NCBI RefSeq assembly: GCF_006345805.1
Contig: NW_021834319.1
Span: forward strand, 1-50,015
Source of the DNA: Octopus sinensis
Lineage: Eukaryota
Length of the DNA: 50,015 nucleotides
Reading direction: 5' to 3'
The notes under the pieces are model-generated. The model was not told the origin of the DNA. It saw nothing but the letters and a program-made list of their open reading frames with translations, and ran no database searches. Shown piece after piece: positions 1 through 12,890 of this stretch. The number at the start of each line of letters is the position of its first letter. The stretch's first letter is position 1. Made by a program: the position numbers and the translations under genes.

Positions 1-316
1 GCGCGTGCATATGTGCCTGCGTGCACGTATGTGTGTATGTTGTGTGTGTGTGTGTGTGTGTGTATGTGTGTGTGTGTGTGTGTGTATGTGTGTGTGTATG
101 TGTACATGTATATATATATATATATACATATATACACACACACACACACACACGTGTGTGTGTGTGCATGTGTGTGTCTCTATATATTGTATAAATTATA
201 ATTATAATATATATATATATAAATATAATTATATATATATATAATAAATACAATTATATATATATTACAGACTCACATTATTATTTTACATAGATGTACA
301 AATATATATATGTATA

Positions 317-400
<84 letters not shown>

Positions 401-470
401 CATAAATAAACATATATAATATGTATATAATAAGCATATAAGTATGTGTATATACCTGTTCGTATACATA
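1..470. repeat. Compound dinucleotide microsatellite (TG)n/(TA)n/(CA)n
   Basis: Directly visible. The ORFs 5..244, 13..201, 273..506 and 281..532 are its low-complexity translations. Confidence 0.95.
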
Positions 471-482
471 CATATATAACCA

Positions 483-1550
483 GTTGTTGGCCACGTTGAG
501 GTCCAAATATTCTCACAGTTCACTGGTCCCACTCACGAAGTATACTCTCCCACAAACAACTAGACTCCTCCCTCTCCATTGTCCAATCCTTCAATTCTGC
601 CCTCGAATTCTCTACCACTATCTCTAACTCTTCCGTCGAATTTCTCGACATTTCTGTCAGCACAACCACTCTGTCCTCACTACCGCCATCCACTACAAAC
701 ACACTGACTCACATTCCTACTTTAATTTCTCCTCCTCCCAACCTACCCACACCAAGCTCTCCATCCCCTACTCCAATTCCTCCGCCTGCGCAAGCTCTGC
801 AATGACAACCATGATTTTAAGACTCAGTCTCATCTCATGGCTCTACCCTTAATCCTTCGTGGATATCCTCTCACCACTACCCACACTGCCCTTGCCAGGG
901 TACGATCTGTGGACCGTACCTCTGTTCTTTCTCCTCGCACCCGCCCCGCTAATACCCTAACCCCTACCATTCATCCACTCTGCCCCGCCAACACATCATT
1001 CTCCAAGCTTTCTGGCGACTCCAGTCCGAACCCTCCACCTCACACATCTTCCCCGACCTACTCCTTCCTTCCTGCAAATGAGCCCGTAACCTGCATGAAC
1101 TCCTGCTCCACAATTCCTTCCCTAACTCCACCTCCCAGCCTGGCTCGTTCCTCTACTCCCGCCCTTGCTGTTGCACCTGCCCCTACCTCTCCAAAATCAC
1201 TATCCTCACTGGTACCCATCATCGTCCCTACCACATCATCGACTTCTTTACCTGCACTTCTAGTAACGTCATTTACTGCATCTCCTGCTGTCTCTGTCCT
1301 TCTCTGTACACCGGTTAAACGGGACGCCGCTTGGCTGACCGGTTCGCGGAGCACTCCTGTGACATCAGATTCGGCAATGACACCCCGGCCTCGCGCCATT
1401 TCCGCTCTACCTGTCATTCGCTACATCTCTCTGTGTTTGGATTATCTTTGCATAGGAGCCACGGACTCCCACCTTTACCGTGAACAGGAATTCAACTTCT
1501 CTCTTCATTCCTTTGCGCCACATGGGCTCAACTCACCTCATCTCCTCATT
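483..1550 (+). mobile_element. Penelope-like retroelement remnant: RT C-terminal half/thumb plus GIY-YIG endonuclease, degenerate
   Basis: Frame-hopping translation gives VVGHVEVQIFSQFTGP.., QLDSSLSIVQSFNSALEFSTTISNSSVEFLDISV, HYKHTDSHSYFNFSSS.PTHTKLSIPYS, LRKLCND..RGYP, ARNLHELLLH, PGSF..RPCC.TCPY. At 1247-1352 it reads FTCTSSNVIYCISCCLCPSLYTG*TGRRLADRFAEH, a PLE-type GIY-YIG with TAA at 1316 where Glu is expected. The YxDD region appears deleted. Confidence 0.9.
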
Positions 1551-1926
1551 TGACACCAACCCTACATCACTCCACACACACTAGTACTGACCATCGTCCA
1601 CACACCCACACACTATCTTCAATAGCATCACCACAAATACCACTATATGGGCGGCCACACACACTGTTTAACTTAGTACACACGCCACACACCATCATGC
1701 ACACTCCTATACCCACACAAGCACATAATACCTGAATGCAGACTATATATACACATACACACGCAACATACATACACACACACGTACACACACATACACA
1801 CACATGTGCACACACCACATGAAAAATCACACATCAACTGCTACACAAAGCACACACGTTACTGACGCATACACGCGCGCGCGCGTTAGTCACTCGCCCC
1901 TATTCCACCACCCTGCATATATATAT

Positions 1927-1985
<59 letters not shown>

Positions 1986-2211
1986 ATATATAATTAGAAA
2001 TATTGAATTCTAAATGTCTCAGAGAGACATAAGCGGTGGTGAAGCGATATAGTGGTCGTATACTGTCAACTCAATGTGACAGTCCCGTAAGGGAATTACA
2101 CCACCGCCATTAGCCCTAGGAAACATCGACGTCTCCTGTCGGCTTTGACACATTTTCTGTGTCCTTATATTGCAAGGGGAGGCAATCAACCCCGCAGGCC
2201 GGGACAAGGCA

Positions 2212-2257
2212 CCTGAAGACATATGTTTCTGAGTGTATTGCTCATCGTCAGTTCAGG
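2212..2257 (-). ncRNA. Type I hammerhead ribozyme motif (mirror copy)
   Basis: Exact reverse complement of 2318-2363. Confidence 0.85.
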
Positions 2258-2317
2258 GTAGCTGCCTCGCTCGCTGAGATGACTGCAACCTCTCTGCAAG
2301 CGAGCGAGGCAGGCTAC

Positions 2318-2363
2318 CCTGAACTGACGATGAGCAATACACTCAGAAACATATGTCTTCAGG
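2318..2363 (+). ncRNA. Type I hammerhead ribozyme motif
   Basis: CCTGAA-CTGACGA-TGAG(CAATACA)CTCA-GAAAC-ATAT-GTC-TTCAGG. The core is complete, stem I is CCUGAA/UUCAGG, stem III is the palindrome ACAUAUGU, and the predicted site is GUC after 2357. Confidence 0.85.
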
Positions 2364-2523
2364 TGCCTTGTCCCGGCCTGCGGGGGTGATTGTCTCCCCT
2401 ATGCAAATATAAGGACACAGAAAATGTGTCAAAGCCGACAGGAGACGTCGATGTTTCCTAGGGCTAAATGGCGGTGGTGTAATTCCCTTACGGGACTGTC
2501 ACATTGAGTTGACAGTATAAGAC

Positions 2524-2558
<35 letters not shown>

Positions 2559-2560
<2 letters not shown>

Positions 2561-2796
2561 TATATTTCGGAATGGTCATATTGCCAGTTTAGTCAATAAA
2601 AACACACGCACTATATATTTGGTGTTATTTTGCTTCAGTGATATTTATTTTTTACATTAATCTTAATCTTATTTCGGCCGAAATAAGATTAAGATTAATG
2701 TAAAAAATAAATATCACTGAAGCAAAATAACACCAAATATATAGTGCGTGTGTTTTTATTGGCTAAACTGGCAATATGACCATTCCGAAATATAAC
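2559..2796. repeat. 238-bp spacerless palindrome centred on CGG|CCG (2677/2678)
   Basis: The 119-bp arms showed one mismatch on inspection (AGTC vs GGCT). Confidence 0.95.
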
Positions 2797-3356
2797 AATA
2801 TCTGTTTCAACACACGACTTCACATAAAAAATCTTGCACAACAAATATTTAAACGTATATATATATATGCATATATATATTCACATGCAAGGACAAGATG
2901 CGACTTCGTTGAAACAGTCCTTCCCGCAAAGCAAATTAAATAAAATTTGGGATTTTTTGCGGAGGGTGAAAGTGGTAACAAGACCAGGACAGTGAGAACA
3001 AAACAGTAAAAACAAACGGTGAGGGTTTTTAAGCCAAGACGATAGAAAAATTATTATGAACGCTTACGAAAGTAGTGGGCAGAAAGATAGATTCTCTTTC
3101 GTCACGTGTCAGCGACGAGAGAGTCGAGGAGGAAGAGTGAGAGAGAGGGAACGGTGAAGAGGAGAGGTGAAAAATAGGGAGGGTTGGGACAGAAAACCAG
3201 AAAAGATGAAGAACAAGAGAGAGAGAGAGATAGACAGAGAAGAGATAGTAAAGATAGAAGAGTGCGCATCGTAATTATTAAGATAAAACTTACTTGGGAA
3301 AGGATGCGTGTATACATACATGTATATGTATATACATGTATGTATACATATGTATA

Positions 3357-3414
<58 letters not shown>

Positions 3415-4005
3415 TGATTGCTGTCCACTCGTGACCGAGGAAGACCATCACTGAATATTAGGAATACTGAACACTCAAACTAACTTACGAATTACATTTG
3501 TGTCTCTGTTGGCGACCAATGGACCAAAACTTTGATCGACATTACACGCTCATAGATATTAAAGGCAATTATTCAGATCCCTGTTCTCATAATGAACACC
3601 GTAAGTTAGTTGTTCAAATTTAAAACAAACCCTTCCACACAAGAAGACGTGATCTCGTGAAACTCTCGTCTATAAAATATCGTAAGAGATTGCAAGACAA
3701 TCTAATATATTTACAGGACATCGAGACGAGAGAAAACGAGTAACGATGAAGTAAGCAGGCAGTTGGCAGTCTTGGAATTCATCGAAGAAGAAATGTATTT
3801 GAGTGCAACAAACTTTCCACAAATCTTTCCCGCCTTCTACTTAGAACAGGTCATTTTACAAGACATTTTTTTATTTGTATTTAGGTATTTATTCAAACCT
3901 TTTTCACATTTTCTGCCTCAAACATATATATATATATGTGTGTGTGTGTGTATATATATATATATACATATATATGCATATATATAGATATATATATACA
4001 TACAG

Positions 4006-4064
<59 letters not shown>

Positions 4065-4149
4065 CATCCACATACATATATATATATGCGCGTGTTTATG
4101 TGTGTGTGTGCATATATATGCATGTATGCGTGTCTATGTATTTGTATGT

Positions 4150-4217
<68 letters not shown>

Positions 4218-4259
4218 ATCAATATGTATGTATGTATCTATCTATCTACACAAACTTAC

Positions 4260-4316
<57 letters not shown>

Positions 4317-4654
4317 GTCTCTAGTTCTTTGAAATAAATGAAAGAGAAGTTAAGAGTCAACGAAGCATGTCTACTCCAAAAGTCATGCTTGTGAATTTTC
4401 TGAATTTTCTGAAGAAATTCATGTCTGTTGTAAATGCCACCCACAACGCCCAAAGCGCGCTCGCGCGCACACACACAACACACACACACACACACACCAC
4501 TCATCATATAAATTCGATTGATAGATGGAGCTGTGGTTCTTCCTCTCTCTGTCACCTAAAACAACGGCCCATCCTTCACGTTCTGACCTTCTTTATTCTC
4601 GATACTCTTCCTTTTGCATATAACTACTTGTATATATTTTAGCCGCTCAATGAA

Positions 4655-4755
4655 TTGGCAGAAGCGCTAGAACGTTAGCGAAAGCATCTTGCTGTACTCA
4701 TCCCAAGACTCTGCTTCCTGAGTTCAAATCCTGCCGAAGGAAACTTTTCCTTTCT
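4655..4755 (+). mobile_element. Degenerate SINE fragment, family M (CTGAGTTCAAATTC / Meta-like domain family)
   Basis: TTGGCAGAAGCGCTAG head and CTGAGTTCAAATCCTGCCGAAGG match the better copies at 15063 and 48033. Confidence 0.55.
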
Positions 4756-4962
4756 CTTTCTAAATCCGTATTTTTTCTTTTCCCCCTGGACTGTATTTGG
4801 GATTCAAATGTGATACTAACTCGCCCTGAGAATTCCGTTAGTGTTCACAGGAGTACTCACTTGCTAACACGTTAATTCCATGAACAAAACTTTGGGTAGA
4901 TTTGTGTATACACACACACACACACACACGCGCGCATACATACACACACACGCACGCACACG

Positions 4963-5260
4963 CAGCCGCGGCTGTGTAGTTAAGAAGTGCGCTTGCTAAC
5001 CACGTGCTTTCAGGTTCAATCCTCCACTGTCTCATGAGTGAAATTGGCGAGTAGAAACTGAAAGAAGCCTGTCATAGTGCTTAGGGTATTAGGCACACAT
5101 GGTTTCGTTTCGTGGACCGGGCGTCACGTTGTGTCTTTGAGCAAGGCACTTCATTTTATATTATCCGACCAGTTCCATTGTAAATTAATAGCAGCCACTT
5201 GTCGGAGTAGCTCTGCTTCCCTTCAGCTGCCATATTGGATGTTCGGTTGGACTGAGGCTG
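4963..5260 (+). mobile_element. Two adjacent degenerate tRNA-SINE fragments
   Basis: GGCTGTGTAGTTAAG..GGTTCAATCC..GAAACTGAAAGAAGCC matches the family O head. It is followed by GTTGTGTCTTTGAGCAAGGCACTT, the same domain as the 6103 and 9925 copies. Confidence 0.6.
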
Positions 5261-5952
5261 CAAGGACCCAGCTTCTGTCTTTGTCTGCTTACGATTAAAC
5301 AAGAAACTAAAACGATTCGAGAAAGTGTGGCACACACTACCAGGTCTTAATCGCTTGTGTGTGATCGTCAGTGTGTGTATGTGCGTATTTACGCCTTCAT
5401 TCTTTGAAATTCAAAAACATCGAGCGATGTTGGTGTTGTTATTTCTACCAGCAAATCGTCTGATCGCTTTGTTCCTTCGAGGAATTGTGAAATATATAGA
5501 TCTCATTCTTAAGAAATAGACAAGGTTTAACGATTGTAAGACAATGACTCGATAATGTATTCACCTAACCCATGTTAGCAAGGAAAAATGAAGGTAAAGC
5601 CGAACTAATTTATATATATTCTTTCTCTTTCATTTTACCTTTCTCTCTTCTAACACACACAAGACGCCTCCCCACCACACACGTGTAGATTCACGTTAAA
5701 TTCAACTGAGTGAAAAATTCTGGCCCAATTTCAAAGAAAAGTAAGGAAAGAGAAGGAGAGAAGGAGAGTGAGAGGGGGAGAGAGAATGATAGAGACAGAA
5801 ATATGAGCGGAAAATGAAGAAATATGTATATGCACACACTTTTGGTCTTTCCCTCTCCCTGACTCTTTCACAAACAAATGCATAAATACATGCTCACATG
5901 TATACACATACACACACATACGTATTTATATAGATAGGTATAAATGCGTGCG

Positions 5953-6022
<70 letters not shown>

Positions 6023-6036
6023 ATATATATATACTT

Positions 6037-6080
<44 letters not shown>

Positions 6081-6102
6081 ATATATAATATATATATATA
6101 TA

Positions 6103-6448
6103 TAAAGGGTAAAGACCCCCTTCGGTCATGAATGACCATGGGATTGCACCTAGAAAGTTACCCTCCTAGACACAAGTGTGGGCAAGGTTGTTTTTATGGA
6201 AGGCCAGCAGTCGCCCATGCATACCGGCCTCCCCTCTCCACGCCGCCAGTGTCATCCAAGGGAAAGACAAAGGTCGATACAGCTTGGCACCAGTGACGTC
6301 GCAACTCATTTCTACAGCTGAGTGAACTGGAGCAACGTGAAATAAAGTGCCTTGCTCAAGAACACAACACGCAGCCCGGTCCGGGATTCGAGCTCACAAC
6401 CTCACGATCGTAAGCTCGACGCTCTAACCACTGAGCCATGCGCCTTCA
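6103..6448 (-). mobile_element. Full-length tRNA-derived SINE
   Basis: The minus strand starts GAAGGCGCATGGCTCAGTGGTTAGAGCG..GAGCTCGAATCCCGG (box A/B-like). It continues GTTGTGTTCTTGAGCAAGGCACTT..CAGCTGTAGAAATGAGT and ends in CCCTTTA next to (TA)n. Confidence 0.85.
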
Positions 6449-8555
6449 CTATATATATATATATATACACACATACATATATATGCATGTAGATATGTAT
6501 GTATATACACATATGCACATGAACGTGATGGTATTACGATTTTTATTATACATTTTTCTTCATTTCATACATAAAGTAAACTTTAGAGAAATCCTACGAA
6601 AAGAAACAGCTCCGTCATTTTACAATTATCTCATACTTTTAAATAAATGTATCAAACATTATTTCCTGTTTTTTCTTGGGAATCTAACACGTGATCAGCC
6701 GGAACAGTTCCTTTTAGCAGAATGGTAAGCCTCATCAGTCAACAAGTGATGCTAGCTAAATAATTCAGGCGCCTCTAACAGGCCATAATATTTAGTATCT
6801 TTCAACAAATATTTAGAAAAGAACTCCTTAAGCAATCTTGGATTATGTTCTTATTTCTACAGACCAAACATATTTGTTATCTCATATTTGTTTAACAGAT
6901 CTTGTCAAATTGAAAGTACGAAACTAACGCTGCTGGCTTGAATTTTGGTTGTTTTTTTTATTGTGTATTTAATACGAATTCATTTTTTATGAGTTAGTCA
7001 CCGGATGATGTAGGAGTGTTTATGTCCTATTTTACCTCTTATACACGGGACAGATTGAATATATTTATGTACATTGTTTAGTACATCTCTCCTTAATATA
7101 TTTTATCCAAGTTTTTTGGTTCATTTGAGTTGTTTCTCTGGGTTCATTCAATTTTTGTCTTTTTAATTTAGTGACATTCTTGGGTGTCCTCCCAAATAGA
7201 AGTAGCTTCTAGGTGGAGCGGTTCACCGTCTTCCGTTCCTTCCAATATCGTATTTCCGTCACCTTTTCTTTACTAGAAACCTACATTTCTTTCATTTTCT
7301 ACTTCCCGATTCTTGCATTATTTTCTTCCCTCTTCGTTCATCTCGCATACTTCTTGCAGCATCTCTCTCCCTTTTTCTCCCTTCATAAGCCACACACCCC
7401 ACATCTATAAGTTGAAAATTTCCTGTGTACCGTTTTTCATAAGTGTTTTTAAAAAGTTGTATTGATATGGTTAATCTTTCCTTCCCTTCCTCTTGTTTGC
7501 TGTTTCTCTCCTCTTCCTCCTTTCTGGAACGTAAAATCCTTGCACTAAATATTGGCTCTTTTTACTTTCCATCTCCAATTCTATCTTCCTGCTTCGCTCA
7601 CCTCGTATCCCAGACGTTTGATCCTCCCTCCCCCCACATCAACCCCAAACACCATACCTCTTCCATTTCTTTATCATTTATTTCTCCACAACCGAAGTAA
7701 CAATATCACACACAGACGCACGCACACAGAGTTTATGTATTTAATTCCTGACGAATAGCAAACTTACGAAACGTCATCTTCAATTTTTGTAACAAAAAAA
7801 CTTATAGAGTTCTCACATGACCCATCCTATGCATAAACTGTTACCAACACAAACAAACAATCATTCATCGCGTTCTAGATTTTACCATAAATGTATTTAG
7901 CATTTTGACTTTAATTTTTACGTTCTGAATTTAAAGTCAACGGTTCCAATTTGTTTTAAACCATTCTGTAGGAACTGAAAAGTAAAGATGGTGCTGATGA
8001 CTCATTATACCGTTGGAATTGTTAGTTTGGCCCCCTTACAGTCTGAGTTAAAATTCTGCCCAGATCAACTTTTCACCATTCTGGGGTTCATAAGTAGCAA
8101 CAAATTAGAAGTATTGATTTAAAAATCGATAAGTCAATGATAGAAACTAATATCTCACATTTAGACGGTGGGGTTAGAGATATTAGTAGAGTAGTGATTA
8201 CGTTCCACTATGTTTCGAGTTCAAATTCTGCCACAGACTATTTTGATATATATCTTTCCAAGAAAAACGATTAAATAAATAACAAAAATAAACTGGAGTC
8301 CATTAAGTACAGCCTACCTTTACCAGGTACCATGCTTAATAATACGTCATACCCATTGTACCATAGTTACCAATAGAACAAACCCATTCCTTGCACCGAT
8401 GGTGCAACCATCGTATGGGTTCCCTCCCCACGTCTCGTATTAATCACATCACCCTGTCCTTCTCCCACATTTCCCTCCACTGCTTATGAGCAAATTAATT
8501 TCCCCTTTCCTCCAGACCAGAACGTCATTAATTATCATTTCCTGTAGACTAAACC

Positions 8556-8611
<56 letters not shown>

Positions 8612-9547
8612 TAATAATAATAATCAAAGCTGCAGGTGAAAATTCAATCAGCAAATGTTAGAAAATATGAAGCAGCCTCCCCACTAATGTGAGACTTGGT
8701 AAATAAATTAAAATGTTGCTTTTAAATAATCGTGTCTTCTTACTAAATACTGTCTTTGTAGAAAAAAAAATTTCCAAACAAATTTTTTGTTTTCCAATTC
8801 TGGTTGAAAATAACATTAAAGAAACACAATAAAATTAAGTAATTCTGTTATTTTTATGTTCAAACTCACAATGTTTATTAAAACTAAAAACTATGTTGAG
8901 TAATACATTTTATTTATCAACTTTGCTTTAATTTTCATTAATTGTTTATCTAGTATCATTAGAAGACGTGTTCAATTAATTTTAAATGAGAGCAAAACTT
9001 TGTTTAAAGCAATCAGTTTTTAATGACTTGTATCGTTCCACAACGTTTTATCCTTTTTATACTAAAATTTAATACATAATATTACTTTTTAACTTAATTA
9101 TATTTATCATATAATTAATAGTGATGAATTAATCGTATAATTAATAGAAGAAATTAAAATAATTTCAAAGCCTGGACTTTTTAAATCTCTTCTCTTTGTA
9201 TGACACTATACGTACATACATGCATACAAATATATATACATATACATATATATGCATATATGTACACACGCACACACACACACACACACACACATCTATC
9301 CACATATATATACACACTAACAAATATCTATCTATCTATATACATACACCGCTCTTTCTCATACGCGAGCTCACACACACATACACACACAGATAAATAG
9401 ATAGGTAAAGAAATAGACAGATAAAGAGATAGGTAGATAGACAGACAGATACACAGATTGATTGAGAGATAGATAGGTTCACCAGTTAACCCGCAGAGTC
9501 AGGCAAACAACCATCGTTTTTATGTATATATATGTACATATTCACAG

Positions 9548-9582
<35 letters not shown>

Positions 9583-9675
9583 CGCGTGTGTGTGTGTATA
9601 TAGATATATACATATATATATGTGTGTGTGTATATACATACATATATACATATATATGTATATAATGTGTGTGTG

Positions 9676-9709
<34 letters not shown>

Positions 9710-9924
9710 TAATATATAATATATATATATATATGTATATATAAATGTATATATATGAGTGTGTGTGCGTACCTGATTGAGTGTATGCGCGCGATTGTGT
9801 ATATGTGTGTGTACAGTTAAATGTATAGCTCACCCCAGAGTTAGGTGTCGGTGAGGCGTATATGTTAACCCGGTTTCGTCCCAAGTTGAGCAATTTCACA
9901 TTCCTGTAGTCTATCGTTTAAAGT

Positions 9925-10218
9925 TTATGTTTGTAACTACTACTACTGACACACCATCGGTGACAACGACGACGGTTCTAGGTGATCCGATCAACGGAAC
10001 AGCCAGTCTCGTGAAATTAACGTGCAAGCGGCTGACCATTTCATAGACACGCGTACGTAGTTTTCGGGAAGATTCAGCGTGACATAGTCGGCAACAAGGC
10101 TGGCCTCCTTTGAAATACAGGTACAACTCATTTTTGCCAGCAGAGTGGACTGAGGTAATGTGAAAATACAGTGTCTTCCTCAAGGACACAACACGCCGCA
10201 GGAATCGAACTCACGACG
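9925..10218 (-). mobile_element. tRNA-derived SINE (shares central domain with 6103 copy, different tail)
   Basis: Minus strand GTGAGTTCGATTCC..GTTGTGTCCTTGAGGAAGACAC..CTGGCAAAAATGAGTTGTACC. Confidence 0.75.
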
Positions 10219-11304
10219 TGTGTGTGTGTGTGTATGTGACGTGTGCATGTTCACTAAACTGTGAAATATAATTACACTGCAATGAGAAAAGTACACCGAA
10301 GCGGGACCAAAACTAAACTTCTAGTGGGATCCCTTCGATTCATTAGCTTCTTCAGATCTTCATACACAAATTTAATTGAATCATTGATTCATAAAGAAAA
10401 AACACATTTAATAGATGGAGACAAGCTTCATGAAATACACACGCCTACGTCAAGTCTATGGTTCATTCCCCCAGGCTCACTGATACGAGTCTTAACAGTT
10501 ATAGATGACATTTTAACTTTACGAGAACACTACAGTGTCTCACATTATGTATTGAATCCATAATATATAAATATATTCAAGAAGTTAATTTTCTTTAATT
10601 CGTATGAGAAACCGTGAAAATGGTGGGAAAATATGAACAGACATAAAACTGTCACTTGGGTTGTTGTGTACTTGTGTGATAGTGGTGATTTTAATAAGCG
10701 ATTTAGGTATGTCGATATAAATACCTGCAGGCATGATTCTAGAGCCATTTAAATAACCAACAGACAATAAACCAGTCTAAATACCGACAGACAATATGAT
10801 CAATCACGTGATCAATAGATTATAGATGTGGATTAATTAAAAAATGTTGGTTAAGGGAAGGGCATGAGATATATATATGAAGTTTGCCTATCTATATGTA
10901 ATGTTTGAAAATTATAGGAAAATATTCCAAATGCAAAAAAAGAAATAAAAGATGGTAAAAAGGAATTAAAGAAGGTTAATGAACAACAATAGCACAAGTG
11001 AAGAATCAGTAGAACATAAAGTGAGATTTTTAGTGAGAACTGAACCTTATAAATGTGTGTTATAAATCCTTATTCATCTGTTTACTCTAAGATGGAAAAC
11101 AGAGCAGTAAAAATGGAATGTCTGACTAATACCAGCTGATTTCACAGGCAAAAGAGACCTCGAATTTCGCAGAGGGCTGTCCATTGGTACTTTTGTGGAA
11201 CTCGGCAAGATTTCAGCTCAAAAAGTTATAACTAAAATAAATTAAAGCAGCATTTTGTCTGACGCAAACAAAAGATTTTCAAACATGGCACCTCTAGTAT
11301 CGAA

Positions 11305-11708
11305 CGAAATGCTTAGCAGTATTGCTTCCGGTCCTTTACATTCTGAGTTCAAGCTCCACCAAGGTCAACTTTGCCTTTCATCTCTCCTAGGTCGATAAAA
11401 TAAAGTACCAGCCATGAATTGCAGACTAACTCCACTCCTGAAAAATCTCTGACTTTAAGCTTCAATCAGAGATTATTTGAGGCAGTGAAATGGCAGAATC
11501 GTTAGAACGACTGAAAAAGTGCTTTTCAACAGTGCTTTAGGCTCTTTACGGTCTGAGTTCAAATAACAGTGAGGTCAACTTTACTTTTCATCCTTTCGGG
11601 GTCGATCAAATAAAATATTAGTCATGTACTAGGTTTCATGTAATTGAATAGCCACTTCCTCTCAGAATTGGAGGCCTTGTGCCAAAATTAGAAACCATTA
11701 TTATTATT
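11305..11708 (+). mobile_element. Two tandem degenerate family M SINE copies
   Basis: TTCTGAGTTCAAG..GGTCAACTTTGCCTTTCATC..GTCGATAAAATAAAGTACCAG, and a second copy with CATCCTTTCGGGGTCGAT ending in (ATT)n. Confidence 0.75.
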
Positions 11709-12594
11709 GTCGAGAAGAAAATCTTGCCGTAAAAAAGAAAGACGAGAAACTCAAAGAATTAAGAGAAAAAGGTAAAAAAGAAAGAAAGAAAGAATTGCAA
11801 TGCAAGAAAGAAATCTCCGTAACTGTATTGACTTTGTATAATTGACGGAAAAATTGTTCAGTTCATATGGAATTTCTCCATGAAATTTACTTTCAGATCG
11901 CATTATTCACTTTTTTTTTGCAAGATTGTTTTTCTTTCTTTTGCAATTCTAATTTCCTCCCGAGTTGAGCAAACATAAACGATTCATATGTAGCGGGATT
12001 TATTTCAATGTTCGGTTTATTCCGACAAATCATTCCTCAGCTGAAATGCTTATATTTATATGATAAACTAGCTCAAGTCGACGACAGGATAACATGTAAA
12101 CAATATCTAACATTAAACAGAACATTGGTGTATAAATACATCAATGTTGGTTTTTAGATACATTTTTGCAGACCTTGGCAGCCGTCTCTGAGAGTAGGCC
12201 GCCACCTGCTTCGAGCAAAATATTTGGATTGTGCATTATTGTTTGACAAACAGTGGAAGGAAGCAGTTCCATAAGAGAGCAAGTTAAGCATGAACAAATA
12301 CCTTCATTTTACTAGCATCATAGTTACTAGAAAATTTCTTAAGTGAATAGAAAGAAATGATAGAAAACATAAATAAAGACGAAAATAAAGTAAATTCAAT
12401 AACAAGTTGGAGAGAGGTTTGTAAAAGAGAAAGACAGGAATGATAGATTCCGGTTCGAAAGTAACTCAATTATTTGGAAATTCTTCTTTTCTTTTGTGGC
12501 GTTGACGATGAGAAAGTTGGGATACGATTTACTTTCTTCGTTTTTCAACTTCAAAAGTGGATTTGATTGACGTTTTACTAATTTAAGAACAAAA

Positions 12595-12890
12595 ACCACC
12601 AGCAGCACCAGCACCAGCACCACCAACACCACAACTACCCCTACAACCATCATCATCATCGTCAGCATCACCATTACTACCATCACCGCCACCACCGTCA
12701 CCGTCTGCACTACCACCACCACCATCATCCCCTCCACCCCCCACCACTACTTCTCCCCTCCCTCATCATCATTACGACGACAACCACCAACACCACCATC
12801 ACCACCAGCATCATCACGCATACAAACCCTTGAGTAACAACAGCAACGTCAGCAATAGTAACGACAATATCAACAGCAATAACAACAACC
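12595..12890. repeat. Degenerate CAC/CAT/CAA/CAG triplet mosaic
   Basis: Directly visible; source of the Val-rich ORF 12396..12737. Confidence 0.8.

Larger units (their letters stand above)
2047..2531. repeat. Long inverted repeat (arms 2047-2275 and 2299-2531, 23-nt spacer) carrying two divergent hammerhead motifs
   Basis: The arms are reverse complements with a few substitutions and four 1-nt indels. Confidence 0.95.

Noticed and set aside
837-1553. 238-aa Ser/Pro/Thr-rich ORF as a host gene
   Set aside because: Only its start is in the Penelope RT-thumb frame; the rest is an off-frame reading of the GIY-YIG remnant.
2893-2930. Possible decayed hammerhead (AAGG..GAC-TTC-GTT-GAAAC-A-GTC-CTT)
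   Set aside because: The CUGANGA box is absent (CAAGATGC instead).
3630-3675. AGAAG-ACG..CGT-GAAAC-TCTC-GTC hammerhead-like string
   Set aside because: No intact CUGANGA and no stem I.
6380-6448. tRNA gene
   Set aside because: It is a tRNA-like SINE head with no proper acceptor stem and is fused to a SINE body.
6700-6745. Minus-strand CTGATGA-GGC..GCT-AAAA
   Set aside because: The GAAA box is mutated and neither stem I nor an NUH site can be formed.
7748-7778. CTGACGA..GAAACGTC
   Set aside because: Both core boxes are present, but stem II is poorly paired and stem I is missing; at best a decayed relic.
11148-11186. Candidate 39-nt exon (..CTGATTTCACAG | GKRDLEFRRGLSI | GTACTT)
   Set aside because: Plausible splice signals only; no recognisable protein and no consistent partner exons.
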